IMG/VR virus record: IMGVR_UViG_3300028557_000030 | Origin: an uncultured virus (IMG/VR IMGVR_UViG_3300028557_000030) | Taxonomy: Duplodnaviria; Heunggongvirae; Uroviricota; Caudoviricetes | DNA length: 64,000 bases | Reading direction: 5' to 3' (one strand) | Shown: positions 1 to 8,822 of the stretch, in pieces | Position numbering within the stretch: position 1 is the stretch's first letter | Layout: every line of letters starts with the position of its first letter | Made by a program: the position numbers and the translations under genes | The notes under the pieces: generated by a model | Seen by the model: only the letters and a program-made list of their open reading frames with translations | What the model was told of the DNA's origin: nothing | Database searches by the model: none

Positions 1-1218
1 ATTCTTGTAGCGTTCAGGGTCGTAGGGCTTGATCTCTTTCGGTTTTTTGGGTTCTTTCGGTTTGTTGGATTCTGGGCCTCTCCAGCCGCGCTCCCAAGCC
101 CCTGCACCTTTTCTCCTCGCTAGGTCGACATTTTCACCTCTTTTTCTTGCCTTACTAACAAAGTGATCGATAACCTGCTGCTTGGTAGTGTATGCTTCAT
201 CAAGTTTTGCGTCCTCTATAAAGAATCCGCTCTTGAACCGTTGCCATTCTCTCTTTAATGCGTCGGCCGCTTGCTGCTTCTCATACGCTGCTTTTACCAT
301 CTTCGCTTTAAGCGGATCGACAGGTTCACGATTTGGATAGTTCCTTGTCGAAATCCCCGACGACATTTTTAGTTCTTCCGGTCTGATGTTGTATTGCTTC
401 ATCAACTTTTCAATGATACCATTGATCATCTCAATCTCATTTTCAGTCCTACCGGCTGTGTTCTTAATCTTGTTGATCCTGATGATCGCATCTTCACGAG
501 AGGCTGCTTCGTCAATGCTCAATTCTTCACCGTGCAGAGTGTCACGTAGGTCATAGAGTGCGTCGATGGCTCCCTGACTTCTAACTGCTTTGTACGCTAG
601 ATTTTCAGGGGAGAACTCTCCGCCCTTTGAAAGACCTGCTTTACGATAACGCCTAATCATATCAATCAGTTTTTTAACGCGGTCAAGATCAGCGGTCTTT
701 ATAGCTAGATCAATGAGGTTAGATAGGCTTTCATATTTGGCTTTGGTAGCAGCCTGATCGAAGTTAGCACGTTGTTTTTTAGGAATCCTTATCCATTTAT
801 CATTCACGACACTGTATTCACCCAATGAGTTGACGGGTTCATTAGTGTCTTGTACGTAGACTTCTACAGGAACGCCGCGGATAGAGACATTGTGCTGATC
901 ATTATATAGGGTTTTCTTTGCAGTGAACAATTCACGATACACTTCATTGTTCTGTAGCTTATCCATATCGATTAGGATATGCAAGTCTAAGTCACTGTGC
1001 GGGGTATATGAATATGCTGCATTGGACCCAGAGACTGTAATGTCTTTAACGTGAAGGTCACTGATTCCCAGAGTAGTGATGAAGTCTTCTGCTATCAGCA
1101 TCAACTGCGTTCTAACCTTAGGATCAAGGCGTGTACCGTTCCAAAGGTTAGGATTAAGTTCGTCGTGAAACACAACAGCGTCTGATAGCTTAAAGTCTTT
1201 TAGTTCAGAAATGTCCAT
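1..1218 (-). CDS. Pol-beta-superfamily nucleotidyltransferase with long C-terminal extension (3' end outside window)
   Basis: Not in the ORF track; both ends translated by hand from ATG at 1218: MDISELKDFKLSDAVVFHDELNPNLW...DITVSGSNAAYSYTPHSDLDLHILID, a GS...DxD NTase motif. No stop was seen in the translated parts, and the frame is still open at base 1. ATAAATA late-type promoter at 1223-1229. Confidence 0.8.
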   Translation of the reverse strand, partial: MDISELKDFKLSDAVVFHDELNPNLWNGTRLDPKVRTQLMLIAEDFITTLGISDLHVKDITVSGSNAAYSYTPHSDLDLHILIDMDKLQNNEVYRELFTAKKTLYNDQHNVSIRGVPVEVYVQDTNEPVNSLGEYSVVNDKWIRIPKKQRANFDQAATKAKYESLSNLIDLAIKTADLDRVKKLIDMIRRYRKAGLSKGGEFSPENLAYKAVRSQGAIDALYDLRDTLHGEELSIDEAASREDAIIRINKIKNTAGRTENEIEMINGIIEKLMKQYNIRPEELKMSSGISTRNYPNREPVDPLKAKMVKAAYEKQQAADALKREWQRFKSGFFIEDAKLDEAYTTKQQVIDHFVSKARKRGENVDLARRKGAGAWERGWRGPESNKPKEPKKPKEIKPYDPERYKN

Positions 1219-1288
1219 GTTGTATTTATCGAATTGCTATATGCATTTGATTCTTCAACCGACAGAACCGGAAGTAAACTCCTAGTAG

Positions 1289-1444
1289 TTAGCGAATGAT
1301 AACCCATTTGGTATCAAACGATTTACCTTTTCTCTTGCGTTTCAGAATCTTAGCATATTGTAATTGTTTGAGTTCTATTTCACGCTCTCGGTCATGGTTT
1401 ACACAGGCCCTGTATAACTCGATTATTAATTTTGATTCTTTCAT
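1289..1444 (-). CDS. small basic hypothetical protein (51 aa)
   Basis: Hand translation MKESKLIIELYRACVNHDRERE...KWVIIR*; AGGAG RBS and a TAAATA element lie upstream. Confidence 0.6.
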   Translation of the reverse strand: MKESKLIIELYRACVNHDREREIELKQLQYAKILKRKRKGKSFDTKWVIIR

Positions 1445-1494
1445 GACACTATACTCCTATGACGCACATGTATTTAGTTCACCGAGATGTGCGG

Positions 1495-1899
1495 TTATTT
1501 TCCGTCAAGCACGTATTTTTTCTGGCCGCCGGACTTACCTAAGAACTGCCAGGGTAGGGTGATCACATATGCTTTCACAGTAGGAATATTTTCCTGTTTC
1601 AATCTCATCACTCTATGCTGTCCATCAAGAACTGCATATCCACCTTGCGGGCGAGCCATGACGATGATCGGATTATTCAACTGTTCGTCTGAAACTCGTC
1701 TGCCCCAATCGTGGAAAATATAGCATTTTTCCACAGGGACTTCTGTTAGTTCTGGCTTCTTGAAGTACGGAGTGACATCAAAATGATTTCTGATTTGAAA
1801 CTGGGTGTTTTCCATAGCATTCATCCAGTCATCAAACACCATACGAGCATCCCGCATATCGTCTTGCAAGTTCTCGACAATGTTGATCAAGTCTCGCAT
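1495..1899 (-). CDS. ParB/sulfiredoxin-like domain protein
   Basis: PIIV...GGYAVLDGQHRV...IPTVKAYV matches the ParB/Srx core (DGxHR). Confidence 0.7.
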   Translation of the reverse strand: MRDLINIVENLQDDMRDARMVFDDWMNAMENTQFQIRNHFDVTPYFKKPELTEVPVEKCYIFHDWGRRVSDEQLNNPIIVMARPQGGYAVLDGQHRVMRLKQENIPTVKAYVITLPWQFLGKSGGQKKYVLDGK

Positions 1900-1920
1900 T
1901 CAGTCACTTCAATAATATTG

Positions 1921-2235
1921 TTATTGAAATTTATCATTTGTTTCTGGCTGCAAATCGGCACTTCGCATACCCCAAGTGCCCATTGTGTTACCGTTTACAT
2001 CCTTGATGAAACCACCTCTGTTCTTGTCTAGTGAGTTTCTTTTAAGTCCGGCAACAACAAGCTCTGCGCTTCTAAGAGCAGCCATGATTCCTTCCCTATC
2101 ATCCACTTCAACCTTTATCTCAAAGATTAGTTTGCCGTCAGATTTCGGGGCCCTAACTGCAGGGGCTACTGCTGCTTCAAACAAATTAAGTAATTTTTGC
2201 ATTTCTTCACGATGTGACGACATAGTATACTCCAT
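1921..2235 (-). CDS. hypothetical protein, possible internal head protein
   Basis: ORF track; N-terminal MQKLLNLFEAA; TAAATA at 2253-2258. Confidence 0.55.
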   Translation of the reverse strand: MEYTMSSHREEMQKLLNLFEAAVAPAVRAPKSDGKLIFEIKVEVDDREGIMAALRSAELVVAGLKRNSLDKNRGGFIKDVNGNTMGTWGMRSADLQPETNDKFQ

Positions 2236-2269
2236 AAAAATCGTATTTTAACTATTTAGTCTCGTGAAT

Positions 2270-2640
2270 TAAAAGTGAGCCCGTTCTGTTTCTAGGTGGA
2301 ACTCATACCCAATGAATTATGCCGCTAGGGCTAATTCAAATGCAGTGTTATCGTTCGCTGCGTTTACGTTTTTTGGCACTTTGCCAGTCAATCAGTCTCG
2401 GCTTTCCTATTATACGTCAATCGATACTGGTCGCCCCCATCATAAAGAAACTCTTTTAAACAAGAGCCACAACAATAATCTTCTTCGAGGACCCTTTTGA
2501 CTAGGTCCTCACGATTACTAAAGTGAGACTCTCTTATGTCACGACATATACAAATAATCATGAAATTTCTTTATGGTGGAGGCGGGGAGAATCGCACTCC
2601 CGTCTTGCCCGTTTTTCAGTCTACGTCAACAACTAATTCT
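2270..2640 (-). ncRNA. ssrA: two-piece (circularly permuted) tmRNA
   Basis: On the minus strand, the acceptor piece ends ...GGGAGTGCGATTCTCCCCGCCTCCACCA (CCA end at 2574). It precedes the coding piece, which starts GGGGGCG at 2438. The acceptor stem GGGGGCG/CGCCUCC has the G3-U70 Ala determinant. The tag frame at 2361-2317 reads AANDNTAFELALAA*. Outer ends are approximate. Confidence 0.92.
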
Positions 2641-2685
2641 TTAATTCTTTAATACTGATACCAACAGCGTGGTGGAACCACTTTA

Positions 2686-2958
2686 TCACTCTAATCCTTG
2701 TAAGGCTATGACGAGTTCCGCCTTCTTCTTAACGGCTGCGTCAAATTGTTGTTGAACCGAATACGTCGATTCAAAGGTCTGATAGCAGATGCCACGCGGG
2801 CCGAGCCGCTCAAGACTCGCTGCGGCTCGTTCGATGCATACGTCAAGGCGTGAGATTTCAGATCGGATGTATGAAGCTCCCGGCATTATTTGAATACCAT
2901 CACTAGTACTGATACCAGCAGTTACGACCAGCCACATAAGGATTGCCGTAATAATCAT
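2686..2958 (-). CDS. hypothetical protein with hydrophobic N-terminus
   Basis: ORF track only; it overlaps the upstream gene by 56 nt. Confidence 0.3.
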   Translation of the reverse strand: MIITAILMWLVVTAGISTSDGIQIMPGASYIRSEISRLDVCIERAAASLERLGPRGICYQTFESTYSVQQQFDAAVKKKAELVIALQGLE

Positions 2959-3271
2959 ATTGAACTACGTCCTGGCACACTTGTCGTGGCTGAGGTCGAG
3001 TTACTACTCGGGGAGGATTGTAGTAACGATCTTCGTAAACATACTGTTGTGGAGTTACCACTACCGTCCGAGAAGGATAACGTTCTTCGTTGCTACGACT
3101 GCCGATAATTCCCCCGATCACCATTCCAAGAACACCAATAGCGACCACTTCACTTGTGCTTACGCCGCCACGATCATGTCGTTCATGTTGCCTACGGTCG
3201 CCACGATGGTCTGCAAAAGCAGGGGTAGCAACCAATGACAATGCAGCTACTGCTGCGACAAACTTCTTCAT
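2903..3271 (-). CDS. secreted/periplasmic small protein (signal peptide, glycine-zipper-like segment)
   Basis: Start moved to ATG 3271, which follows an AAGGAG RBS. MKKFVAAVAALSLVATPAFA is a Sec signal with an AxA site; GVLGMVIGGIIG segment; C-terminal Cys pair. Confidence 0.8.
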   Translation of the reverse strand: MKKFVAAVAALSLVATPAFADHRGDRRQHERHDRGGVSTSEVVAIGVLGMVIGGIIGSRSNEERYPSRTVVVTPQQYVYEDRYYNPPRVVTRPQPRQVCQDVVQYDYYGNPYVAGRNCWYQY

Positions 3272-3295
3272 ATATATTCTCCTTAGAGTGTTACT

Positions 3296-3324
3296 AATAT
3301 ACTTATCTTTTTTTACAAAGTCAA
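3296..3324 (-). promoter_or_regulatory. sigma70-type (early) promoter
   Basis: TTGACT-N17-TATATT upstream of the RBS and ATG at 3271. Confidence 0.7.
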
Positions 3325-3369
3325 GTGTTTTATGCACCCAAAACTAACTTTTCTGAACCGCATTTCCAC

Positions 3370-3376
3370 ATAAATA
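3370..3376 (+). promoter_or_regulatory. T4-late-like promoter ATAAATA
   Basis: ATAAATA ends 5 nt before ATG 3382; the same motif precedes many structural genes in the window. Confidence 0.6.
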
Positions 3377-3381
3377 TTGTG

Positions 3382-4011
3382 ATGACTAATATCAAGCTAT
3401 CCAGCGACCATATCATACTATGGTTCAACATGATCAGAGACTTACCCGAGTCTGAACGTTCAAGAGGGCTAGATGCGTTCTGGGATGGCCAAGTGCATAG
3501 TAAGATATGGCTGTCTGAGATACTCAACAAACATTATGATAAAAGGATTCCTAGCAACATCTATATCTTTGGTGGATGGTTAGGTGTGTTGGCTAATATT
3601 CTATTTCAGAATAGCAAGTTCTATGTTGATACGATTTACAACATTGACCTTGATCCGTGGTGCAAGCCAAACAGCGAAAAGCTAAATCAAACTTATGTCA
3701 ACATGCAACGATACTATGCAGACACTGCCGATATGAAAGAATATCAGTACGCGGATACTGCGGACATCGTTATAAACACAAGCACCGAACATGTGACACA
3801 AGAAACATATGATCAATGGTATGATAACATACCTCATGGTTCATTGGTAGTAGTTCAGGGTAATGATTTTTTCTCTTGCGACGAGCATGTAAGATGTAGC
3901 ATCAATCTAGATGACTTCATAAAGATGAATCGGGTTACTGATCCTATCTTTGCAGGTCAACTGGAGACTACTATGTATAATAGATTCATGTGCGTATTCC
4001 GCAAGTCTTAA
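3382..4011 (+). CDS. class I SAM-dependent methyltransferase
   Basis: IYIFGGWLGV (motif I), NIDLD (motif II), DIVINTSTEH. Start moved to 3382 because of the late promoter position. Confidence 0.75.
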   Translation: MTNIKLSSDHIILWFNMIRDLPESERSRGLDAFWDGQVHSKIWLSEILNKHYDKRIPSNIYIFGGWLGVLANILFQNSKFYVDTIYNIDLDPWCKPNSEKLNQTYVNMQRYYADTADMKEYQYADTADIVINTSTEHVTQETYDQWYDNIPHGSLVVVQGNDFFSCDEHVRCSINLDDFIKMNRVTDPIFAGQLETTMYNRFMCVFRKS

Positions 4012-7000
4012 TACTTACTTTCGTATCTAGCTTTTAACCAATCCCAATAATAGCTCTGTCGTAATACAGCTAGTTCACCGCCGGCTTCGTCATAGAATTC
4101 AATTCCGTCTAATGCTCCCTTGATAGACCACTCGCCGTAGTTACCTTTGCCGACACTAGTCCATACGTCAAGCCGTGTGATGGCTGCCGCATCGCCTGTC
4201 TCTGAATAGCATTTTAGTTTCACTGCTTCTCTGAAGGCAGTTCTCCATGTGCTATATTCGTCTGTGTCACCCAACACCGTACCCGAAATAAGGTCAACAG
4301 ACATATGCAGGCTGTCTAGTGTGAAGTCTAAGCCAACTCCCTCGTTTCCAAGGACCAGATTCTTGTTGTAAAGCACCATTGATTGGTGTCCGTAACACAA
4401 GTCATTGACAGGGTTCAATGCATTGAAGATATAGTGTTTGGGCTGCTGCATTCTGTCTGCTTGATAACTCCAATCAAACTTCTTATTGACAAATAACTTT
4501 GCAGGGATGCAAAAGAACCAAGGTGTCTTACTGCTTTCAGCAGCAGCGTGTAGTGCTTCTGTTCTGCCGTTGATACCGTCAACTCGGTGTATCTTATTAC
4601 GCAGTCCGTCAGTAAATTTCAACAAGTGTTCATAGTTTTGCTCAGCTACAGTTTCTCCGTTGCTAACAAACACTATGTCAAGCGGTTCGCTTTTTGTAAG
4701 TTTGGACATTCTCTTGACGTACGGATAATCATATAGTTCTTTCTTAACAATATCTTTGGCTTCTGCTGGCACGATGATTCGTGTTGCACCAGTGCTTGTT
4801 ATGATAATGTTCTTCGTCTCAGGGGACCATAGATTCATAGGTTCGTCAGGCGGAGCGTCCATAAACATATTGTCATCTGCAATGATCGTAGCATACGGGA
4901 ACCCTGTTATTTTATCTAGAGAATTCATATGCATGTCATCACTAGAAAAAATAAGAGGAGCCGGTAAACGAGAGGACCGTGTTGCACCATTGAAGTTGAT
5001 CTTGTGGTATTCTTCCAGCTTCTCTAGTTCATCAATAATTTCTTTCGTCTTGTTCACATCAATGAAGAAAGTATCTCCAAACTTCTGGGTGTCGCTCGGG
5101 AACACATGGAGATTATTCCTAGAGAACGGATCGCAGACATACGTGAAGTCAAACTGCGAGTAGTTACAAATACTTGAGCAAATCCAAAGATAGTGTTCTT
5201 TCTTTGCCGGCAACTGCTTGATAAAGTTCTTGAGTGTGTTCAAGTAGCTTTCATCATATGGTATCGTAGCTAATAACTTTCTTGCAGTTTGCCGTTCCAC
5301 TTGAACACTAACCTGTCGCAGTTCACTGTTTCCGTGATCAACCATAACAACATCATGAACGCAGGCAGTGGCTTTTGCTTTGGTAGTCTTGACAAAGTTC
5401 AGATTAGAAAGATGCTCGATGATGTTGATGTATTTCGTATCTTCTTTGAATGTCTCACAGTTAACCATGAAGGTAGTTCCCCAGTGAGACCACTGAGTCC
5501 CGAACACCTGCACCATTTTCATTTGCCAAGGGTTAGGGTAATATTCGAAGTCAAAGTCATCATAGTCTAGTTCACTGTTGAGAATCCAAATCATTTCAGT
5601 AGTTGCACGATTGGTGCAACGATTGATAGTATCTACCCATGAATTAAGATAGCGAGTCTTTTGAATCCTCATGCCAAACTTCGTTTTCAGTGTTTCAAAT
5701 CTAGTAGCAGATTCAGTATTGCCCCTGTCAACAAAGAAGAGGTCTGGCTTGACAAAGATTTTAGCTAGATACTTGTCATCCAATTCTACCCCGGATTGAA
5801 TGAAGTCTAAGTCAGTGTATCCTTGCAAATAGAACTTAGCATTGACAAAGTAAGTATGTGTACGTTCGCTTTCAGGAGAACCAAATACTGTCACGTTGAA
5901 CAGGCTATCCTTATCGGGTCTCCAACTAAAATCAAAGTCATCGTAGTTGATGTTCTTATTAAGCGCCCAAAACTGTTCGGTAGGATGTTTCTTGACTAAC
6001 TCGTCTAGCGTAGTTTCTATCGTATATCTAGGATATTCAATTTTACCTGTAGATAGAATTGAGTTTTCCATTCTAACTACAAATCCATCGTTGCCCGGCG
6101 TGACGTATTTAGGACCATCATCAACCCAGATGTCATCTAATCGAGTTGCAAACTGATAGATATACGGAGGAGATTTGGGATGCGGTTCCCATGAAAAGTC
6201 GAACCCAGAGGTATCTACGTTTTCAGGAAGATACCAGTTATCCATGCACGGTTTACGGACTGCTCGTTCTTCCATGTATACGTATTCAGTAGCGCCCGGG
6301 ACAACATATTGTATTGAAATCTTATCCTCCGGCTTGTTCCATTGGTTCCCCCACGCATAGATATACGGAGGAGCATCCGGATCAGGTACCCACGAGAGGT
6401 CAGCTAAGTATGAATCTTCTAGGTATTCATAACTGCTAGCATCACTAACTAACTTTGCCTTCTGGAAGTCTACATACTTAATCACCGAGCCTTCCGGCAT
6501 GTTGTACATAACAGTAGGCATCTTGACTGCATCGTACAACTCGTTACCGAATACGTAAGTGAAGGGAGGTTCTTTGGGGTCAGGTCTCCAAGTGAAGTCG
6601 AAGCTTGATTGATCGATTGGCTGGTGAACCTCCCACCTATCCCATTCAGGAAGAACAGGAGCGTCATTGCCCATGTACTTTCTATCTGTCGCGTCATCGC
6701 AATGATATTCCAAAGTAGGGCGGCTCGCCGCATCAACCCATTTGTTCCCCCATGTATATACATATGCTGGTTCTCTTGGGTCAGGACGCCATGACATATC
6801 AAACTTGGTCTTATCAACTTCTTGATGTTCTACCCACCTATCCCATTCAGGAAGAACAGGAACGTCGTCGCTCATATACTTTTTATCAGTGGCCCCGGGA
6901 GTTTGGTATACAAGCGTTGGTTTAAGTCTAGCATCAACCCATTTGTTGCCCCATATATAAATGTAAGCCGGTTCATTTGGAGCAGGTCGCCAAGAGAAAT

Positions 7001-7967
7001 CAAAGTTGTTTTTATCAACTTCTTGATGTTCTACCCACCTATCTTTTTCGGGAAGGACAGGAACATCGTTGCCCATGTACTTTCTGTCCGTTGCGTCATC
7101 GCAATGATATTCTAGGGTAGGGAAAACTGCTGCGTCAACCCATTTGTTGCCCCATGTATAAATGTATGCCGGTTCTCTTGGGTCAGGTCTCCAAGAGAAG
7201 TCAAAATTGTTCTTATCTACGTTTTGTACTTCTACCCACCTATCCCATTCAGGAAGAACAGGAAGTAACTCTGACATGAACTTTTTATCAGTAGCCCCGG
7301 GTGCGTGGTAAGAAAGTGTTGGTTTAACTGTAGCATCAATCCACTTGTTCCCCCAAACATAGATGAAGGGAGGTTCTCTTGGGTCAGGACGCCATGACAT
7401 GTCAAACTTGTTCTTATCAACTTCTTGATGTTCTGTCCAGCCAACAGCAGGCAACAACTCAACTATAGAAGACATGTACTTCTCAGTAGTTGCACCGGGC
7501 ACTCTATACTCTAGTACGTGCTTAAGCTGTGCAGGAAAGTACTTACACCCCCACTTGTATATGTAGGGCGGGTCAGTAGGGTCGGGATGCCATGAGAAAT
7601 CGAACTTGGAGTGATCGATCAGGTCAAGTTCAACCCAGTCATCGTCATTGATATTTCTGCGTATGACAGGATTGACATCACCGCGATAGATGATTATATC
7701 ACTGTGTTCTTTAGGGCACAACCATGTCCCGCTATCTTTCTGATGTTGACTAGGCCAGACGTTGTTGTGTTCTTCTGCCCATACATCTTCGTCGGGTAAG
7801 AATTCGAAATCAAAGTCCCAATCAAACCCTCGATAGTCGCAGAATTCATTGATGATCCAAAAGCTGTCAGTCGTACACTGTTGCCTAGCATCTTCTAATG
7901 ATTCTGCGAATTTTTCGCGAGGGTGTGTATTGGGTTTCTGATTAAAATAAAATACGTCCCTTAACAT
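4008..7967 (-). CDS. 1319-aa tandem-repeat protein with C-terminal glycosyltransferase(GT-A)-like domain
   Basis: About 8 repeats of FDFSWRPDPxEPxYIYxWG. The C-terminus (DIVFVSNGE...RVDGING...AAAESSKTPWFF...TWRTAFREAVKL) is clearly similar to the neighbouring GT-like ORF 15316-16317. Confidence 0.7.
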   Translation of the reverse strand: MLRDVFYFNQKPNTHPREKFAESLEDARQQCTTDSFWIINEFCDYRGFDWDFDFEFLPDEDVWAEEHNNVWPSQHQKDSGTWLCPKEHSDIIIYRGDVNPVIRRNINDDDWVELDLIDHSKFDFSWHPDPTDPPYIYKWGCKYFPAQLKHVLEYRVPGATTEKYMSSIVELLPAVGWTEHQEVDKNKFDMSWRPDPREPPFIYVWGNKWIDATVKPTLSYHAPGATDKKFMSELLPVLPEWDRWVEVQNVDKNNFDFSWRPDPREPAYIYTWGNKWVDAAVFPTLEYHCDDATDRKYMGNDVPVLPEKDRWVEHQEVDKNNFDFSWRPAPNEPAYIYIWGNKWVDARLKPTLVYQTPGATDKKYMSDDVPVLPEWDRWVEHQEVDKTKFDMSWRPDPREPAYVYTWGNKWVDAASRPTLEYHCDDATDRKYMGNDAPVLPEWDRWEVHQPIDQSSFDFTWRPDPKEPPFTYVFGNELYDAVKMPTVMYNMPEGSVIKYVDFQKAKLVSDASSYEYLEDSYLADLSWVPDPDAPPYIYAWGNQWNKPEDKISIQYVVPGATEYVYMEERAVRKPCMDNWYLPENVDTSGFDFSWEPHPKSPPYIYQFATRLDDIWVDDGPKYVTPGNDGFVVRMENSILSTGKIEYPRYTIETTLDELVKKHPTEQFWALNKNINYDDFDFSWRPDKDSLFNVTVFGSPESERTHTYFVNAKFYLQGYTDLDFIQSGVELDDKYLAKIFVKPDLFFVDRGNTESATRFETLKTKFGMRIQKTRYLNSWVDTINRCTNRATTEMIWILNSELDYDDFDFEYYPNPWQMKMVQVFGTQWSHWGTTFMVNCETFKEDTKYINIIEHLSNLNFVKTTKAKATACVHDVVMVDHGNSELRQVSVQVERQTARKLLATIPYDESYLNTLKNFIKQLPAKKEHYLWICSSICNYSQFDFTYVCDPFSRNNLHVFPSDTQKFGDTFFIDVNKTKEIIDELEKLEEYHKINFNGATRSSRLPAPLIFSSDDMHMNSLDKITGFPYATIIADDNMFMDAPPDEPMNLWSPETKNIIITSTGATRIIVPAEAKDIVKKELYDYPYVKRMSKLTKSEPLDIVFVSNGETVAEQNYEHLLKFTDGLRNKIHRVDGINGRTEALHAAAESSKTPWFFCIPAKLFVNKKFDWSYQADRMQQPKHYIFNALNPVNDLCYGHQSMVLYNKNLVLGNEGVGLDFTLDSLHMSVDLISGTVLGDTDEYSTWRTAFREAVKLKCYSETGDAAAITRLDVWTSVGKGNYGEWSIKGALDGIEFYDEAGGELAVLRQSYYWDWLKARYESKY
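6630..7440 (-). repeat. 201-bp (67-codon) intragenic tandem repeat
   Basis: The motif cccacctat recurs at 6632, 6833, 7034 and 7235, an exact 201-bp period. Confidence 0.9.
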
Positions 7968-7980
7968 CTACTACTTAGTT

Positions 7981-8157
7981 CTACGTTTCTGGGTATTCAT
8001 ATGTCTCGTCTGTGGGCTTGTTCTTGAAGATATGCTGTAGGATCATAGCACGGTCAATCAAACGTTGATCACCGCCAGCTTGTTCAGCAGCCTCAACATA
8101 CATGCCCAACGCTAAGGTGATGATACCATTATCTGAATTGAATACTAGATCGTCCAT
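7981..8157 (-). CDS. small hypothetical protein (58 aa)
   Basis: Hand translation MDDLVFNSDNGIITLALGMYVEAAEQ...YEYPET*; the start overlaps the stop of the upstream ORF (TGATG). Confidence 0.6.
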   Translation of the reverse strand: MDDLVFNSDNGIITLALGMYVEAAEQAGGDQRLIDRAMILQHIFKNKPTDETYEYPET

Positions 8158-8417
8158 CAGGCGTCCTTAAAAAGGGTAAGCGATGAACACTTCATGATTC
8201 TATCATTAGAGTCACGAATCATTACTTCGATATCATTGATATCGGTATCAATCGTTACCTGTGCTGCAACGTCCTCACCGAAGGTAGCACGGAGGTCTTC
8301 CATGACCAAATCACATGTTTCTTCAGTTAGTTCAGTACCCACGTACTTTTCCATGATACTCTTGACTCTATTTCCCATATTGTAATCAATATGGCCTTTG
8401 CTTTCAACAACTGACAT
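8157..8417 (-). CDS. hypothetical protein
   Basis: ORF track; GAGGAG RBS upstream. Confidence 0.7.
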   Translation of the reverse strand: MSVVESKGHIDYNMGNRVKSIMEKYVGTELTEETCDLVMEDLRATFGEDVAAQVTIDTDINDIEVMIRDSNDRIMKCSSLTLFKDA

Positions 8418-8491
8418 AAGTTTTCTCCTCTAAGTCTCTAAGTTTATTTAATTCAGGGAAGGTGCCCCGAAAGTTTTCATCGCTGGTTTGG

Positions 8492-8758
8492 TTAATGGAA
8501 CTTCAACGTCATCCAAACTAACAATTCTTCACTCAGTATATAGCACGAGACAGCCACTCCTGCTTCATATGACTTCCAGGCGTCATATGACTTCCAAAGA
8601 TGCGAAGGTTGAGTTTCTATCCATTTTCCAATATCGTATCTTACTGAATATACCTTTTCAGAAGTAGGCATATGTATTCCGACCATTTCCCACCCGAGAT
8701 CACCTATGTAAAGACTAGCTAATGGAATAGTCCAACGTTGACTTACTGTACAGATCAT
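8492..8758 (-). CDS. hypothetical protein
   Basis: ORF track; TAAATA on the minus strand at 8783-8788. Confidence 0.55.
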   Translation of the reverse strand: MICTVSQRWTIPLASLYIGDLGWEMVGIHMPTSEKVYSVRYDIGKWIETQPSHLWKSYDAWKSYEAGVAVSCYILSEELLVWMTLKFH

Positions 8759-8808
8759 TCTTATCTTTCCTTGAGATTTTAGTATTTACTGCTGTATAGT
8801 TAACATTA

Positions 8809-8815
8809 ATAAATA
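8809..8815 (+). promoter_or_regulatory. T4-late-like promoter for the cyclitol operon
   Basis: ATAAATA ends 7 nt before ATG 8823. Confidence 0.6.
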
Positions 8816-8822
8816 CTAGACT

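Noticed and set aside
2312..2500. 62-aa plus-strand ORF
   Set aside because: It is the antisense shadow of the tmRNA.
2574..2606. standalone tRNA or attP fragment
   Set aside because: It is explained as the acceptor piece of the permuted tmRNA, and there is no integrase nearby.
6630..7440. CRISPR array or DGR template/variable repeat
   Set aside because: The repeats are in-frame 201-bp coding units without spacers, the differences are not visibly adenine-specific, and there is no reverse transcriptase or cas gene in the window.
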